Source: Balamuthia mandrillaris (lineage: Eukaryota). From it: a stretch of 64,000 nt of DNA. Positions 1 through 12,035 of the stretch are shown here, piece by piece; positions within the stretch are counted from its first letter, which is position 1, and the number at the start of each line of letters is the position of its first letter. The notes beneath the pieces were generated by a model. It had not been told where the DNA came from and did not search any database. It worked only from the letters and a program-made list of their open reading frames with translations. Where the stretch lies: positions 1 to 64,000 of the forward strand of contig JAVKOQ020000081.1 of the NCBI GenBank assembly GCA_031835245.2, written 5' to 3'. The position numbers and the translations under genes were made by a program.

Positions 1-131
1 AAACGCAACCCAACCCATAAATAGTCTTGCTCTCTTTACGCTTAATGCAGTCACACCTTTTTTTTTTTGGATCTGTACAAACAATAAGAATCCAGCCCAC
101 GCCAAGAAAAAGGAGAGAAGAAGCACGTGTG

Positions 132-1432
132 CTAAAGGGCTCCCTTGCTGGTCCCTCTTTTGCTTTCCTTCTTCCGCTTTTTCTTAAGCTGCTTAGGCAC
201 CATGCCAGCGTTACCACTGCTTGGCACTGAAACATCACTGCTAGGATCAATATCACTAGACTCTGACTCTTTTTGAGAGTGCTTATCCTCTGATTGTAGT
301 CGCTGCTCGTTCTTGCTGCTGACAACGACCACACTCTCTACCACTGTTGTGACCTTTTTCTTCTTCTTCTTCCTCTTAGTCGTCGTCTTGGTAATAATCT
401 TCTGAGTTGTTGGTGTTGATGTAGCTACCGCTTCTTTGGAGCTTTTGTCTTGAACAGCCTTCTCCAGCTTCTCGTCTCCCTTTTTGCTTGTCAACTCTGC
501 GTCAACGCTCTTTACAGAGAGGATACTTTCAGTTTCCTGTTCTTTACCTTTGACGGTAGTAGGCTGCTTGGTCTCCTCCTTGGCGATCGCTGTTTCCGTA
601 ACGGTTTTCTTTGCTTTGCCACTCTGCTTCTTGTGCTCTTTTGTAGCTTCTTTCTCCTTCCCCTTACCATCGTCAACGCCTCCGTATACCTTTTGTGTCT
701 CCTGCTTAGTTCGGTCCTTGGTTTCTTCGTTATCACTGGAGCTGGAGCTTGCTTGACTGATGGCTTTGCGTTCCTTCTTTTCTGCCATCTCTTCTTCGGA
801 GCTATACATAAATGCCTTGCGTGCTGACCTTCTGTCTTTTTTATGCCTCGGAGGTTTGCTTCTTGTTGGGGAAGGGCACACATGGCCAAACATGTACTCT
901 TTAAAGCGCGAGGCATACAATTTTGGATGTACCGCAGATATGGAATCCTGTAATGTTCTTGTTCAATATGGGGAAGAGGAGGAAAGAGAAAAGGGGAAGA
1001 GAGTTACCCCATCATATCGAAGGGCTTTAAAAGTGTGTTCCACTCTTTTCCGAATATTGTAGGGCTGTAAGATGTCAATAATTCCCATAAAATAGATTTC
1101 GTTGGCGGGATTGTTATTTTTGTCTGTCGACTGAAAGCCGCCTTGGTCTTGCGTAAACTTTGTGATGTGATGCCTACCAACAAGGAAACACCTGAGTTAC
1201 AACTGAAAAGAATATCTATCACTCCAGAAACGTACTTGTATTCATCCTCGCTATCTGTCGACCAATAATCGCTATCGCTATAACCAAAAGTTGTGGCTCC
1301 AATCTCCTCTTCCGCTTTTGGAAGATACACCATCGAAAGACTCAATCTCCGGTCTACCATTTGAGCAGCCCGGCGGTCGTGTATTCCCAGTAACAGGCTG
1401 TAGTCCATTATACCCAATCTTTCCAATAACTT

Positions 1433-1467
<35 letters not shown>

Positions 1468-3357
1468 GACGGTAAACAGACAACGGCGTTGAAAATAAAC
1501 GAAGCACAGGAACGTACGTACATCTACATCTTTGGTTACTTGGTCTATAAACAGAGCTTCCTTGTCTGGTCCTAAATATATTTTTTTATTTAGGCGGTCA
1601 AAGTCTTGATCTTTCATCACAACGTTTGGGTCATTCTTAATTTTTTCTTCAGGCGTCACGCGACCAACGCTCGATCCCTATGCCAAACCACAAAGAAATG
1701 GTCGATTAATCATAAGAAGAAAAAAAACTGTGGTTTTTTGCAAACCTTCAAGTCAAAACGATAACTGATCTCAAGGTTCTGAGCAAAAATGTTGCCCATA
1801 ATAATGAAGTAATGTTTGCGGTCCTTATGAGGAGTAACTCTATGAAAGCCAAAGAACCTCGCCAACAACGAATCTGGATTGTTCATTATGTGCTATGTGG
1901 TGAAAAAGAAAGGGTAAGAAAGGATTCCATGGAAAGCAAGTAGGGTAATACACTACCTCGTAGTAATGAGGCAAAATTGCTTTGAGAAACTTGGACTCTC
2001 CTTTGGTGATAGTCTTCAACATGAACCTGAGATCGTACGAGAAATAAAAGAATTGCCCACTTTGTCCTGGTGATACCAACTCAGAAAGAACATAGTCCCC
2101 AGTTAAAGATACCTTTTATGTGAGCCAGTAAGCGAAAAAATGGTGACAGTTGAGAGCGAGAGAACGAGAGAGAGAGAGAGGGAGAGAGAGAGAGAGAGGG
2201 AGGATTGAAGGCAAGGGGTTAGTACCAGGTAATCCGCAGAGTCAATGCCAAAATGTTCTCGCAAGCGACGAAAGACTACGGGTGAGTAGTCAGTGAACTT
2301 GAAGTCTCGCTGAGAGTGAGCAGGAGTAGGCATGGGTCCTGCCGAGCTACCAGAACTCGGAAACTTGAGATTGGTTTTTGTTCGAAACTCGTAGGGCTTT
2401 ACTTCTGTATGGCGCAGAGCTCTTGCAGAGACACGAGACACTGTAACACGAATGCCCAATAACATATCACATACAAGTTCGTAGCTTTGTGTCTCTTTTG
2501 TGACAAGCTTTCCGATCCTTGGACGATGGAACTGTTGAGGTTATCAGGTCAGCGACAACAAGAGGAGAATTGAAGCGGTGAAAATGAGAAGAGGAGAATG
2601 AAGAGAAAGAGAACAAAGTGGAGGGAGTGTTGACCTTTCGCTTTTCCTTGACCAGCTTGCGTCTTTCCTTTCGCAGTTGCTTCCTCTGGAAACGTTCTTG
2701 TTGGGACAGCTCCTTTTTCTCTTTCTTGTATTCTTTCTTTTCTCCAGGAGTAAGTGTTCTCTTGAATTCCTTCTCCTTTTCTTTCCATTCTCTTTTGACC
2801 TTCTTGTATTCTTTCTTTTCCTCGTGGCCCATTCCTTTGATCTTCTTAGGCTTCTTTCCAAGGGTGTCTGCGATCAATGAACCCGCTTTCTTGCTGTCCG
2901 TATCGTCATCTGCTCCTCCATCTTCTTCCTCCTCTGTATAAGAGGTAGAGGAGGAGAAAGAAGAGGAAGACTCGTCCTCTTCATCACTCAAGTCAGCCCT
3001 TTCATGGGGGTCGCTGCTGTGCTCTACTTTGTCTTTGCCTTTGTCTTGCTTCAACTGTCCTCCTTCTTCAGCAGTTGACTGGTCGCTCGTTCCTTGGCCT
3101 TCCTCATCGTCCGAGGAGGAGCGGCCTGTGGCTGCAGCCTCTTTTTCTTCTCAGGAATAGGAGAGCAAGCATGAAAATGCATGAGCAAACAAAAAGAGGG
3201 AGAAGGCGGTCGAGAGGAGGGAGGAGATCCAGGAGAGGGTCAACCCTCAAAAATTAGCGAGAGCTTACTTACCTATGTGAGAAGGCTTGTCCTTGGCTGG
3301 GGCTGAAACACCAGAGTCTGTCTCAACATCCGTGGAGGAAGACGATGAAGTGCTCAT
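132..3357 (-). CDS. Phosphatidylinositol-phosphate 5-kinase (PIP5K family), multi-exon, with Lys/Glu-rich N- and C-terminal extensions
   Basis: Exon peptides FKFTDYSPVVFRRLREHFGID, SPGQSGQFFYFSYDLRFMLKT, MDYSLLLGIH and YFMGIIDILQPYNIRKRVEH are PIPK catalytic-domain motifs. ATG at 3357 (MSTSSSSTDVETD) is followed by a GTAAGT donor. Confidence 0.9.
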
Positions 3358-3571
3358 CGTTTGCGTTGCTTGTTAGTAGTCGTCAGGGAAAGTGGCTTTT
3401 TGTTTGTGTTTCTGGCAACAGCACAGTGGGAAGCAGCACAACAGGCAACGCAACCAACCGCCTGCCACTGGCAAGAGTGAGTTGTTGCTTCCTCCTCTCG
3501 GCGTGGCCGCTCTGGCCCCCCTTCTTCTTTCAGGGATTTCTGTTTTCTTTTCAACTATAAATAAAGGACTA

Positions 3572-3690
3572 ACGCGCAATGGTAGGGTTTGACAGTGGTC
3601 CTTGTCGACACTAATTTTCCCCCGCTGAGAGTAGCGGGGAAGCGTAGGGACTTTTTTGCTGCCCTTTTTTCCCTCGCCATTTCTTTTCAG
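3572..3690 (+). repeat. Dispersed ~120-bp structured element, copy 1 (copy 2 at 42999-43116)
   Basis: By-eye alignment to 42999-43116 gives roughly 85-90% identity. Contains the hairpin CCCCGCT-GAGAGT-AGCGGGG and a following T6 run. Confidence 0.85.
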
Positions 3691-4008
3691 TCTAATAATA
3701 AAAAGGACGCAAGGCCTCTGCTGTCCATTCCTGCGCAACTGCTAACCTCCATAAAACGTACTTTTGCCTCTCAATCGCCCTGCAACGGCCGCAAAGAGAG
3801 CAGACCACAGAGAACACAGAGAGCAGTGGCGGACACCAAAACAACACACGGAATAATAAATACAAAAGAATGGTCGTTGTTCTCCATCAAGAAAATAAGA
3901 AAAGGGGCAGTGTGCACAGCATCAATACTCCAAAAACTGCTCTGGGCTGTGTGTTGCTCTTTGGGCGGCCACACTCCGCAGGGAGAGGTGCACTAGCAGC
4001 AGAGAGGA

Positions 4009-4500
4009 TCAGTCGTGGACCCGCACATTGGAAAAACCAGCCAGCTCGTTCAAATGTTCCCTCATAAGAGGCTGCCTCATGGACTCTGTTCTGCTGAGAT
4101 AACTTCGTCTTTCCTTAGGTTTGGCAGCGTTTTCAGGAATTGTTCTTAGCGCATTCCACTCCTCCTTCTTGGTTGTTTCGTACAATTGTTCGAGGGCGTT
4201 AAGTTCGGAAAGGACCTCGGAGCACTCGGGTCTCTCCTCTGGAACGGGGTGCCAGCACTTTCGAATGAGGTCGGCGATCTCAGTTGGCATGTTATCCGGT
4301 ACCGTTGGTCTTAGCTGGCTCTTGGCGGTCTTGATGATGACCGCGAAGCCAAGTGTCAGCTGTGGAAACTCGCTGTAAGGTTTTTGATACTTGCCAGTAA
4401 GACACCTCACAAAAAACTCCCATAGAATTATCCCTATACTGTTTGGCGAAGTGTAAGAAACAACCAACAAGAGAGAGAGAGAGAGCGAGAGAGATAGAGA

Positions 4501-4532
<32 letters not shown>

Positions 4533-5775
4533 GGATAACAAACCTATATACATCAGATTTTGTTGTGAACTTGGTCTTAAAGTAGATTTCGGGTGCACAA
4601 TAGGCATATGTGCCCCTAAGCTTGCCCAACGTCGATGCATCCTCCTTTTCCACTCTACTTGCTCCAAAATCGCAAACCTTTATGCTCCAATCTTGATCCA
4701 ACTATCGTTTTTTAAACGAGAGATTAATACGCATGTAACTTAAGCCCGAGTTGTGGGGTAGAGGGAGGAGAGAACCAGCAAGTTTGGAGTCTTAAGGTCT
4801 CTGTGGAAGATGGGTGGATCGTTGTTGTGTAACGCCTGAATTGCAAGGACCATCTCGTGAGCCCACTGTTTTTACATGGAGAAAGAGTAATTCCACCAAA
4901 TATTAGACAAGAGTACCACAAGAAAGAGAATAAAGCGAGAAGGGCTGTCAAGGATCAGTTCAAAAGACGCCACTATTTAAATGAGTGGTATCCAGTGGTA
5001 GTTATCCTTTTGTGCTTTTGGCACGAGATAAAAAAGTTCCGTCTGAAACTACGGAGAAGTGACAACCGGTGCTATCGTGTCTTCACATAACAAACACAAA
5101 CACAAACAAAACAAAAACAAAACACAAACACAAACACACAAACCTTGAAACATCGGCCCCAAGTAATGTCCATAGTTTCATCTTGGAGTACGTCATACAA
5201 GCTTCCCCGAGAGCAATAGTCCACCACAATACAAACTTGGGGCTCAAGACAGCTTCCATAAAAGCGTAAAATATATGGAGAGCTCACTTTGCTGCAACAT
5301 ATGTCAAAATAAAGAAACGCCTTTCAGCAAAACCACCACGCAGGACTTTAAATAAAAGGAGGGCAAGCAAGAACAGAGGAGATAGATAGAGTTACCTCAT
5401 AATCTCGCACTCATGTTCAAAGTCACGAATAGCTCGCGCATCTGATCCATCTCCCTCGAACTTGTGCTGTTTGAAAGAAAGAAAATAAAATAGAAATACA
5501 AAAAAAAAAAAAGAAACAAGTCTTAAAGCCCGCAACAACAACACCCAACAAACATGATCACCAACCTTCAATATTTTAATAGCCACTTCTTTGCCCTGGT
5601 AAAGCCCTGAACGCAGAATAATTGTGTGAGTGGTCAGAACTTGTTAGAGAACAAGGCAAGAAAGCAAGCCAGCACCTTTGTAGACTTTGGCGCTTGCCCC
5701 TGCCCCCAGTTTATCGGTGAAGGTGAGGGCGGCCGGGTCGATTTTCCACTCGTTGCGGTGGCGTGGGCTGTGCAT
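4009..5775 (-). CDS. Tyrosine-kinase-like (TKL) protein kinase, multi-exon
   Basis: WKIDPAALTFTDKLGAGASAKVYKG, VAIKILK, HRDLK, KVCDFGASR, GTYAYCAPE, KSDVY and LIRKCWHPVPEERP motifs across exons. Confidence 0.9.
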
Positions 5776-6153
5776 GGCGGGCAAAACAACAACAACAACA
5801 ACAAACGTTGAAGGCAAGGAACTGGCTCTCCTCTTCTCCTTCCCTCCAAACCCAAAGAAAAAAAAAAAGGGAAAGATCTTCCTCTTTCCTCTCTCCTTCT
5901 GTCGGCAGCAGCCTGATAATAATAAACAGCAAAACCTTTTTTTTTTTTTTTGTTTTGGTTGGGATAAAACCCTCTCTCACCCAACGGCCGTGTGGCCGTG
6001 GTGACACACGTAATTAAGTTTCGGTAATATCTCGGGTCGTCATTATTGGCCCGTCACGCTTGAGGAGTGGCGCTTTTGGACTCAGAAAAATCTTTGGTGG
6101 GGCTCTTCTTCTCTCTCAACTTTTCACCGCAAACCGCCAACACAATAATCCAA

Positions 6154-6811
6154 ATGTGGCGACCCACCATCACAAGGAGCTGCACGACCAGAGCAGCAGG
6201 AGCGTCGGTTCGATGCACGCTCAGTGGGGCACCTCGCCTCCTTTTCAGCACCACCGCTCGAGATTTGGGCACTGGAGCAACGGGCTCGCAGCACCCGAAG
6301 AAACCACAACACGGCGAGAGGTTGGATGAGCCTTCAGCAGAAGTGCAAGCAGGAACAGGTTTTTGCTGCACACCATAAAATAGTGGTAGTCTAACGTTCA
6401 CGCCCTGACTGCAACGTGAAAAACAGGCGAGGAGGCAGAAAGACAACAGGCCGCCGAAGAGATAGCCCATCTGTTGCGTACCCGCTCACAAAGAGAACCA
6501 GTGCACCAAGGTCCCTATTTCCAAGACGTGGCCAAGGAACTAAAAGAGTACGCCCGAAGGTATTCTTGCACCGCTCTCCCTACAGTCATTCGTGAAAGTG
6601 TAATGCTCACCCTACCCCAATGCTGTTTGTTATTTTCAGAGAAGGAGAAGCGTTGAAGTCCGAAGAACCGACCGAGCAATACGAAAAGGCGCAATGGGAG
6701 ATACACCAAGTATTAGCGCGAGTTCGTGAAAAGCACATCAAGAAGGCGGGCTCTTCTTCTTCCGCTTCAAGCAAAGGCACTGTTATAAACGTGGATGCCA
6801 ACCGCCGATGA
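6154..6811 (+). CDS. Small uncharacterised 3-exon protein with a mitochondrial presequence-like N-terminus
   Basis: MWRPTITRSCTTRAAGASVRCTLSGAPRLLFSTTAR is R/S/T-rich with no acidic residues. GT-AG introns at ~6359-6426 and ~6560-6638 join three ORFs in frame. Confidence 0.6.
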
Positions 6812-7574
6812 TACGAGAAAAAGACAGAGAAAGAGGAAACAGAACAGAAAGTGAAAAGAGACAGAGAACACGATTGCACAGAAAGAGCTTTGATAATAGG
6901 CAAGAGAGAACGGAAAGGAGAGAAAAAGGAAAAGAGGACAAGAAAAAGAGACCAGAGAAAGAGAGCAACGGGGGAAGGGAAAGAGAAATGAAGAGAAATA
7001 AAGTAATGAGAGGAGAAAGGGATAGAGGACCAGAAGACAAAGAACAAGACATAAAAAGGCGAAGGCTATCACAGAGAAATAGAAACAACAAACAGAAAAG
7101 AGGAGTAAGGAAATGATTCTGACTTTATAAATACAATGGATGATGACAGTAAGAAGCGTTGGTGGTGGTGATAACAAAAACAAAGAAAAAATCAAAAAGG
7201 CAGCAGGAGCAAGAACGAACAGAAGAGGAGAGTAATGCTTCTGCGATCGACTTTTCCTTCTGGCGGAGGTCTTGGTGGCGGCGGAGGTGGCAGCTGCCAC
7301 CACAATCCGCATGCAAGCAATACCAAGACCAACGCCAATAAAAAATTAAAAAAAAACTAATAGAATAAATAAACATGGTTATAGTACGAGGGCAGTGGAC
7401 AGACTGGTGTGATTACGGCCAGTCAAATACGATGCGGGGTGGGCGTCGCTACGGAAATGTTGTTATGGTCGATGTGGTGTCGCTGTTCATGTTGTTGTTG
7501 TTGTTGTTGATAAATGTACATATGTACCGGAAGAAATGTCCCATGAGCGCAACTTCCAAACCGCTTGATGAGTC

Positions 7575-9403
7575 TCACAAAAGAAGCTCTTCCATCCACG
7601 AGGGGGGAGCAGTGCTGCTAGTTGTGGTGGCAGTTGCGGTGGTTGTTGTGGTAGAGGACGCTGCGGCGGAGATGGAGGCGCTGTGCTCCACAAGGCCATT
7701 GCAGGAGCAATTTCCCTCGAGACAGCATATCCAACCAGTTTCACATCCGGAAGAAGAATGCAGGGGATTGCAGCCCATTGTTTCATTGGAGGAAGTAGGA
7801 GCAAGGTAGAGCATGTCAGGAACATTCATGTGAAGGAGATTCTGCTCCACAGCGTGAGGGTAAGAAGAATAAGCCACGGAAGGGTGGTGGTTGGAGGACA
7901 CTATCGAAGGGAAGAGAGGCAAACAGGAGTCCTCTGCCATAAATTTCCTCTGGTAGGACTCTTCTCCGAATTCCTCCTTGACAGGTAATAGTGCTTGAAG
8001 GCTTGTCATCGCGTGGTGGTCGTTGACTCCGTGAAACTCAAAGGGCTTCATCTCCATATCCATGCCACCAACGGTGCCACGTCTTTCTCTTTTCTTTGGG
8101 CGGGCGTCTTCGTCCTCACTCTCGCAACCATCAAAATCCTCGCCAATGGTCAGGTCCGGCAGACTTTCCCGTGGGCGTGAATGCTTGGTGGCGAAGGGCA
8201 TCTCTCCAGTCTGAGATAGGGGTATAAAGGAGCTAGCAGCCGCATGGTATACTGGTTTTTGGGCGTCCACGGATGACGCCACCGGTTTTGCGGGTGGGTG
8301 GGTGCTGCTGGCATTGCTGGGCCTTCTGCCTCTCCTATTGCGTTGCATAGGACCGTGAGAGATGTCCATGTTGGCCAGGTTCACTTGGTTCGGATCCAGG
8401 CCTAGAACCAAGTTAGAAAAGAGAGGAGGAGGGATGAAGAAAAGAGAAAGAATACATACCGTATTTAGAGTACGGGAAGTTGACGTTATCCAAATACCAG
8501 GGTACGACTGGCTCAGCAGACTCGTGGCTGACGGGATGCGAGAGACCAGTGGCCCTCTGGTCCCGATCGGAGGGACAAAGAAGAGAGGCAACGGCAGTAG
8601 TTGTGGCGCTGGAGTTGACTCGAACAAAGGGTACGTCATTTCCACAACCAGACGGAGTGGGGTGGGCAGCGGAAAAGCCGAATGATGGCGTGCTTGACAT
8701 TCCCAACGAAGAAGTTGCCAAAGATCCAAACAGGTGGTCATCTGCGAAAGGCACTGTAGAGTCGCTGTCCGTCCAGAAGGGAGAACGGGTTGCAGCGGAG
8801 GGGGAAGAAGGAGAGGAGGAAGTGGAGGAGGCAGGAGAGGGAGAAGGCGAGGAAGAAGGCGAGGACGAATCAGCAGTTGCCGGAGAACCAAAGGGGGAAC
8901 TGCTTCCTCGTAGCTCAATAGCGTGGGGTTTGCAATAGTAGGCATTGTGCGCGTTGTGATCCATGTCACGAAGAGATTCGGGAGCGTCGGAACCGTACTG
9001 ACTGCTCTCAGCACCATCCCTTCGTTTCAAGTGTAAGTAGAAATGCCTCAAGCGGTACTTGTCCTTCTTCCTGCAAGTCTCTCTCTCCGGGAAGGCAGCA
9101 TGGAGTAAACGGCCAAAAGCAGCGGAGGAAGTAGGGCGGATTCCCTTTTGTTTGCAAGCTCGTTTGTAGTGATTGTAGACGTCCTTCTTCTCCAGCAAAG
9201 GAGCATGACCCGGAGAGATCACATAGTTGTCCTTCAGCCTGCAGAAAAACACGATTACAAAGGTGCGAGGTCAGTGTTGTGCCCTTCTTGTTGTTTGCCC
9301 CCAAGTTTGCTGGAAACTTCACAAGGGCTGCTCGAGGATAGAAAATTACGAACCAGTCAACGACGCCCTCAATCCTTAGTTTCTTAGCTTCTACTGTCTC
9401 CAT
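7575..9403 (-). CDS. RFX-type winged-helix transcription factor (divergent), with low-complexity middle and Cys-rich C-terminal patch
   Basis: VVDW|LKDNYVISPGHAPLLEKKDVYNHYKRACKQKGIRPTSSAAFGRLLHAAFP fits the RFX DNA-binding domain pattern (WLxxNY...VYxHYxxxC...P.xAAxFGKL...FP). Two introns. Confidence 0.75.
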
Positions 9404-10435
9404 GTTGGTTGTGTGTTGTTGCAGAGAGGAAGTGGCACGACAGTAAAACAAAAAAATATTCACAGTGTTGTGGAATAGCAGAAGGTTGCGGTAACTGTGG
9501 GGAAAAAAAGAGAAAGAAACAAAATAAAAGAAACAAAAATAAAATTCTACAAGAGCATAAACGAAGTGGATGGGCTCACAAAATTCCACAACTATGCTTC
9601 GATGCGCGTTAAACGGTGCTACTCGCTTGTCAAGCTTACCTCCGTTTAACTGGCTTTGTTGGTTATTATTATTATTATTTTTTTTTTGCCTTTGGAAACC
9701 AAAAAGGATTGTCAAAAAAATAACTGTGACGGGAATAAAATGTGATGAACTGCCAAAGGAGCACTTCAAAAAGAAGAAGGAAGAAAGAAGAAAGGAGCGT
9801 ACGCTTTTCTCCCTTTGACAATCCAAATTAAAACCGACAGGGGTAGAGGGTTCCGCCGTTACTTAAAAAACAAAAATAAAATAAGTAACACGTTTGACAG
9901 GTTTTACCGGCGTTCATTCAAGTGGCCACTCTCACCAAATTAGCGCAAAGCGTACAACCTGCGTCAAGCTTCCTGACAAGCGTACTACAACTCTTCGACA
10001 AGGTTCGTTCAGGATCTTGGCGAGTGGAACTTCAGAAGTGCTGGCCAGGCCAATGGCGGACATTCCGGTGCGATCGGAGCTTACCTTAAACTCCAAAAAT
10101 GGTTGGGCTGAGTTGTACCTCCAATGAGAAACAGAATGACCCGGCGAACATTCGGGGAGGAAACAGACAAGTTTAAAAGAAAATGTCAACAGCAAAGGGT
10201 CACAGACGGAAATTGCCAATTCGGAGGGTGAAGCGTTTTAACCGCACGTGATACTTTCCGCAGGCCAGTATCACAACCATAAAAAGTAATGTTTGAGATG
10301 ACGTCAGAAATTTTAACACAAATTTCTGCAGGAAACTTCACTCAGAAATTTCAGATGGGTACGCCGACGTGGACCCTACTGCATCTCATCGCAGCCCTAA
10401 CCTAGCCTAACCAACCAAAGAAAGGAAGCGCAAAG

Positions 10436-11674
10436 ATGGAGGACAACCAACTAAACCCCAGATTCGTTTCCTCTGCAACACTCGGCACCGCCGGTGGCGT
10501 GGCATCGACAGGAAAGACCCTTTTGTCAACAAGTTCTTCTTCCGACTCTGACGAAGAACTGGACGCTAAGCTCCCGCAAATTGATCGGAAAAGAGATTAC
10601 TTTCCTCTGTGCATTGTTTGGTGCCCACTACCAGTTCTAAGGTGCTTCTTTCCTCCTTTTTGTCCTTTTTTCTTTATCCGTCCTAACCAAGGAAAACTTA
10701 CATGGTTGGCACAGTTGGATCTGTCCCTTTATAGGGCACTTGGGTATCGTAACCTCCAAAGGGGTCATCCATGACTTTGCGGGGCCTTACCACGTCAATG
10801 TAGTTTAATCCCATGCCCTTCTACTTCTCCACCCTTTTCATTTTACCACTCATCCCCTCTTTTCCTTTTGTTGGTGTTTGCATGCAGAGAAGCGAGCAAA
10901 GCCTGATATTCGGCCGTGCCACGAAGTACGTTTGTTGGCTTTATGGAGGTGGTGGGGTTTGGGGTGCCATGTTGGATATCCTCCAACTCCTTCCCTTAAA
11001 GGTACTACAGAGTGCAGTTGAAAGACCTGAAGGCACTCTCCCGGATAGACAGCAAGCGAACTAAAATGCGGAAATGGGATGCCACTATAGAGAACGCCTC
11101 GGAGAAGTATGACGAGCTAATGGTCAGTACACAGCTTCTCCCTATTTAACTCCTTTCTGCTAACTTGGCATATAGCACAATCTCATATGGTAGGCATTGC
11201 CAATGCTCTCTGGTTAAGGCTGTGGCCTCCCACGTTGTGTTGTTGTGTTGTGTTGTGTCCTATGATAGCCGGTATGTATGTGTTTATTGTTCTGACAGAG
11301 CCACGCTACGGATTTGTCTACAGTAATAATTGCCATAGTCACGTTGCCTATGTGTTGAACAAGCTCAAATTCAAGAACATAACATCCTGGAATACTCTCT
11401 TTCTCATAATCTTTCTCATGTTTAGCGGTAGATCAGTAAGGTATTTTCTCCCGCCATCATCCCCTTCTTCCTTGCAGCCACGTTCTTGTGGTCCCTTTTA
11501 GTTTCTTATCGTTACTCATATCAATTTCTACCCTCCTTGCTTCTCTTGCAATATGATACCAAACTGACGGCAACTCGCCTACACAGCTTGCCTCGATTCC
11601 TCAAGACATATGTACCGTTCGTTGTGTGCCTCTCCCTTGTGCTTGTGCCCGCTTTATTGGTTCTGCTACTTTAG
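10436..11674 (+). CDS. TMEM222: TMEM222/RTE1-like (DUF778) membrane protein
   Basis: FPLCIVWCPLPVL, PFIGHLGI, IHDFAGPY, FGRATKY and HNLICNNCHSHVA motifs; C-terminal transmembrane helices. Confidence 0.88.
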
Positions 11675-12035
11675 ATAATAGGATAAACAGGGAGCACAAC
11701 GCGGAGGCAGGCGCTCGCTCTGCTGCTTATTTTTTTTTTGGGTCTTTTTCTTAGGGAGTGTGTTCATGTCGTCATGATTAGCCAAAAACAAAAAATGTTC
11801 AAAGGTGGAGGTGAAGAGAAGAAGGAACACAGCTGCTTTGCTTTGCTTGAATTTTTATTTGCTGTGAAAAGGGCAGGGTGTGGTGGGCAAAAGAGAATGT
11901 TGGGAGGTACCATCATACGTTTTGGGCTAACGTTTGCCTCAGGATGGCGGCGCGGAGGAGGCAGGAGGGCGCGGAGGGGTGGAACTATCTTGGGATCGTA
12001 CGACAAGGGAAGGGTTTTGCCGCGTTTTGATGGGA

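Noticed and set aside
3624..3651. TPP riboswitch-like words GCTGAGA and AGCGTAGGGA in the repeated element
   Set aside because: There is no room for the P4/P5 region (ACCUGAU...UAAUGCC) between them, and copy 2 loses CUGAGA.
6808..7376. R/E/K-rich and hydrophobic ORFs between convergent genes
   Set aside because: Purine-rich low-complexity sequence, probably UTR, with no domain signal.
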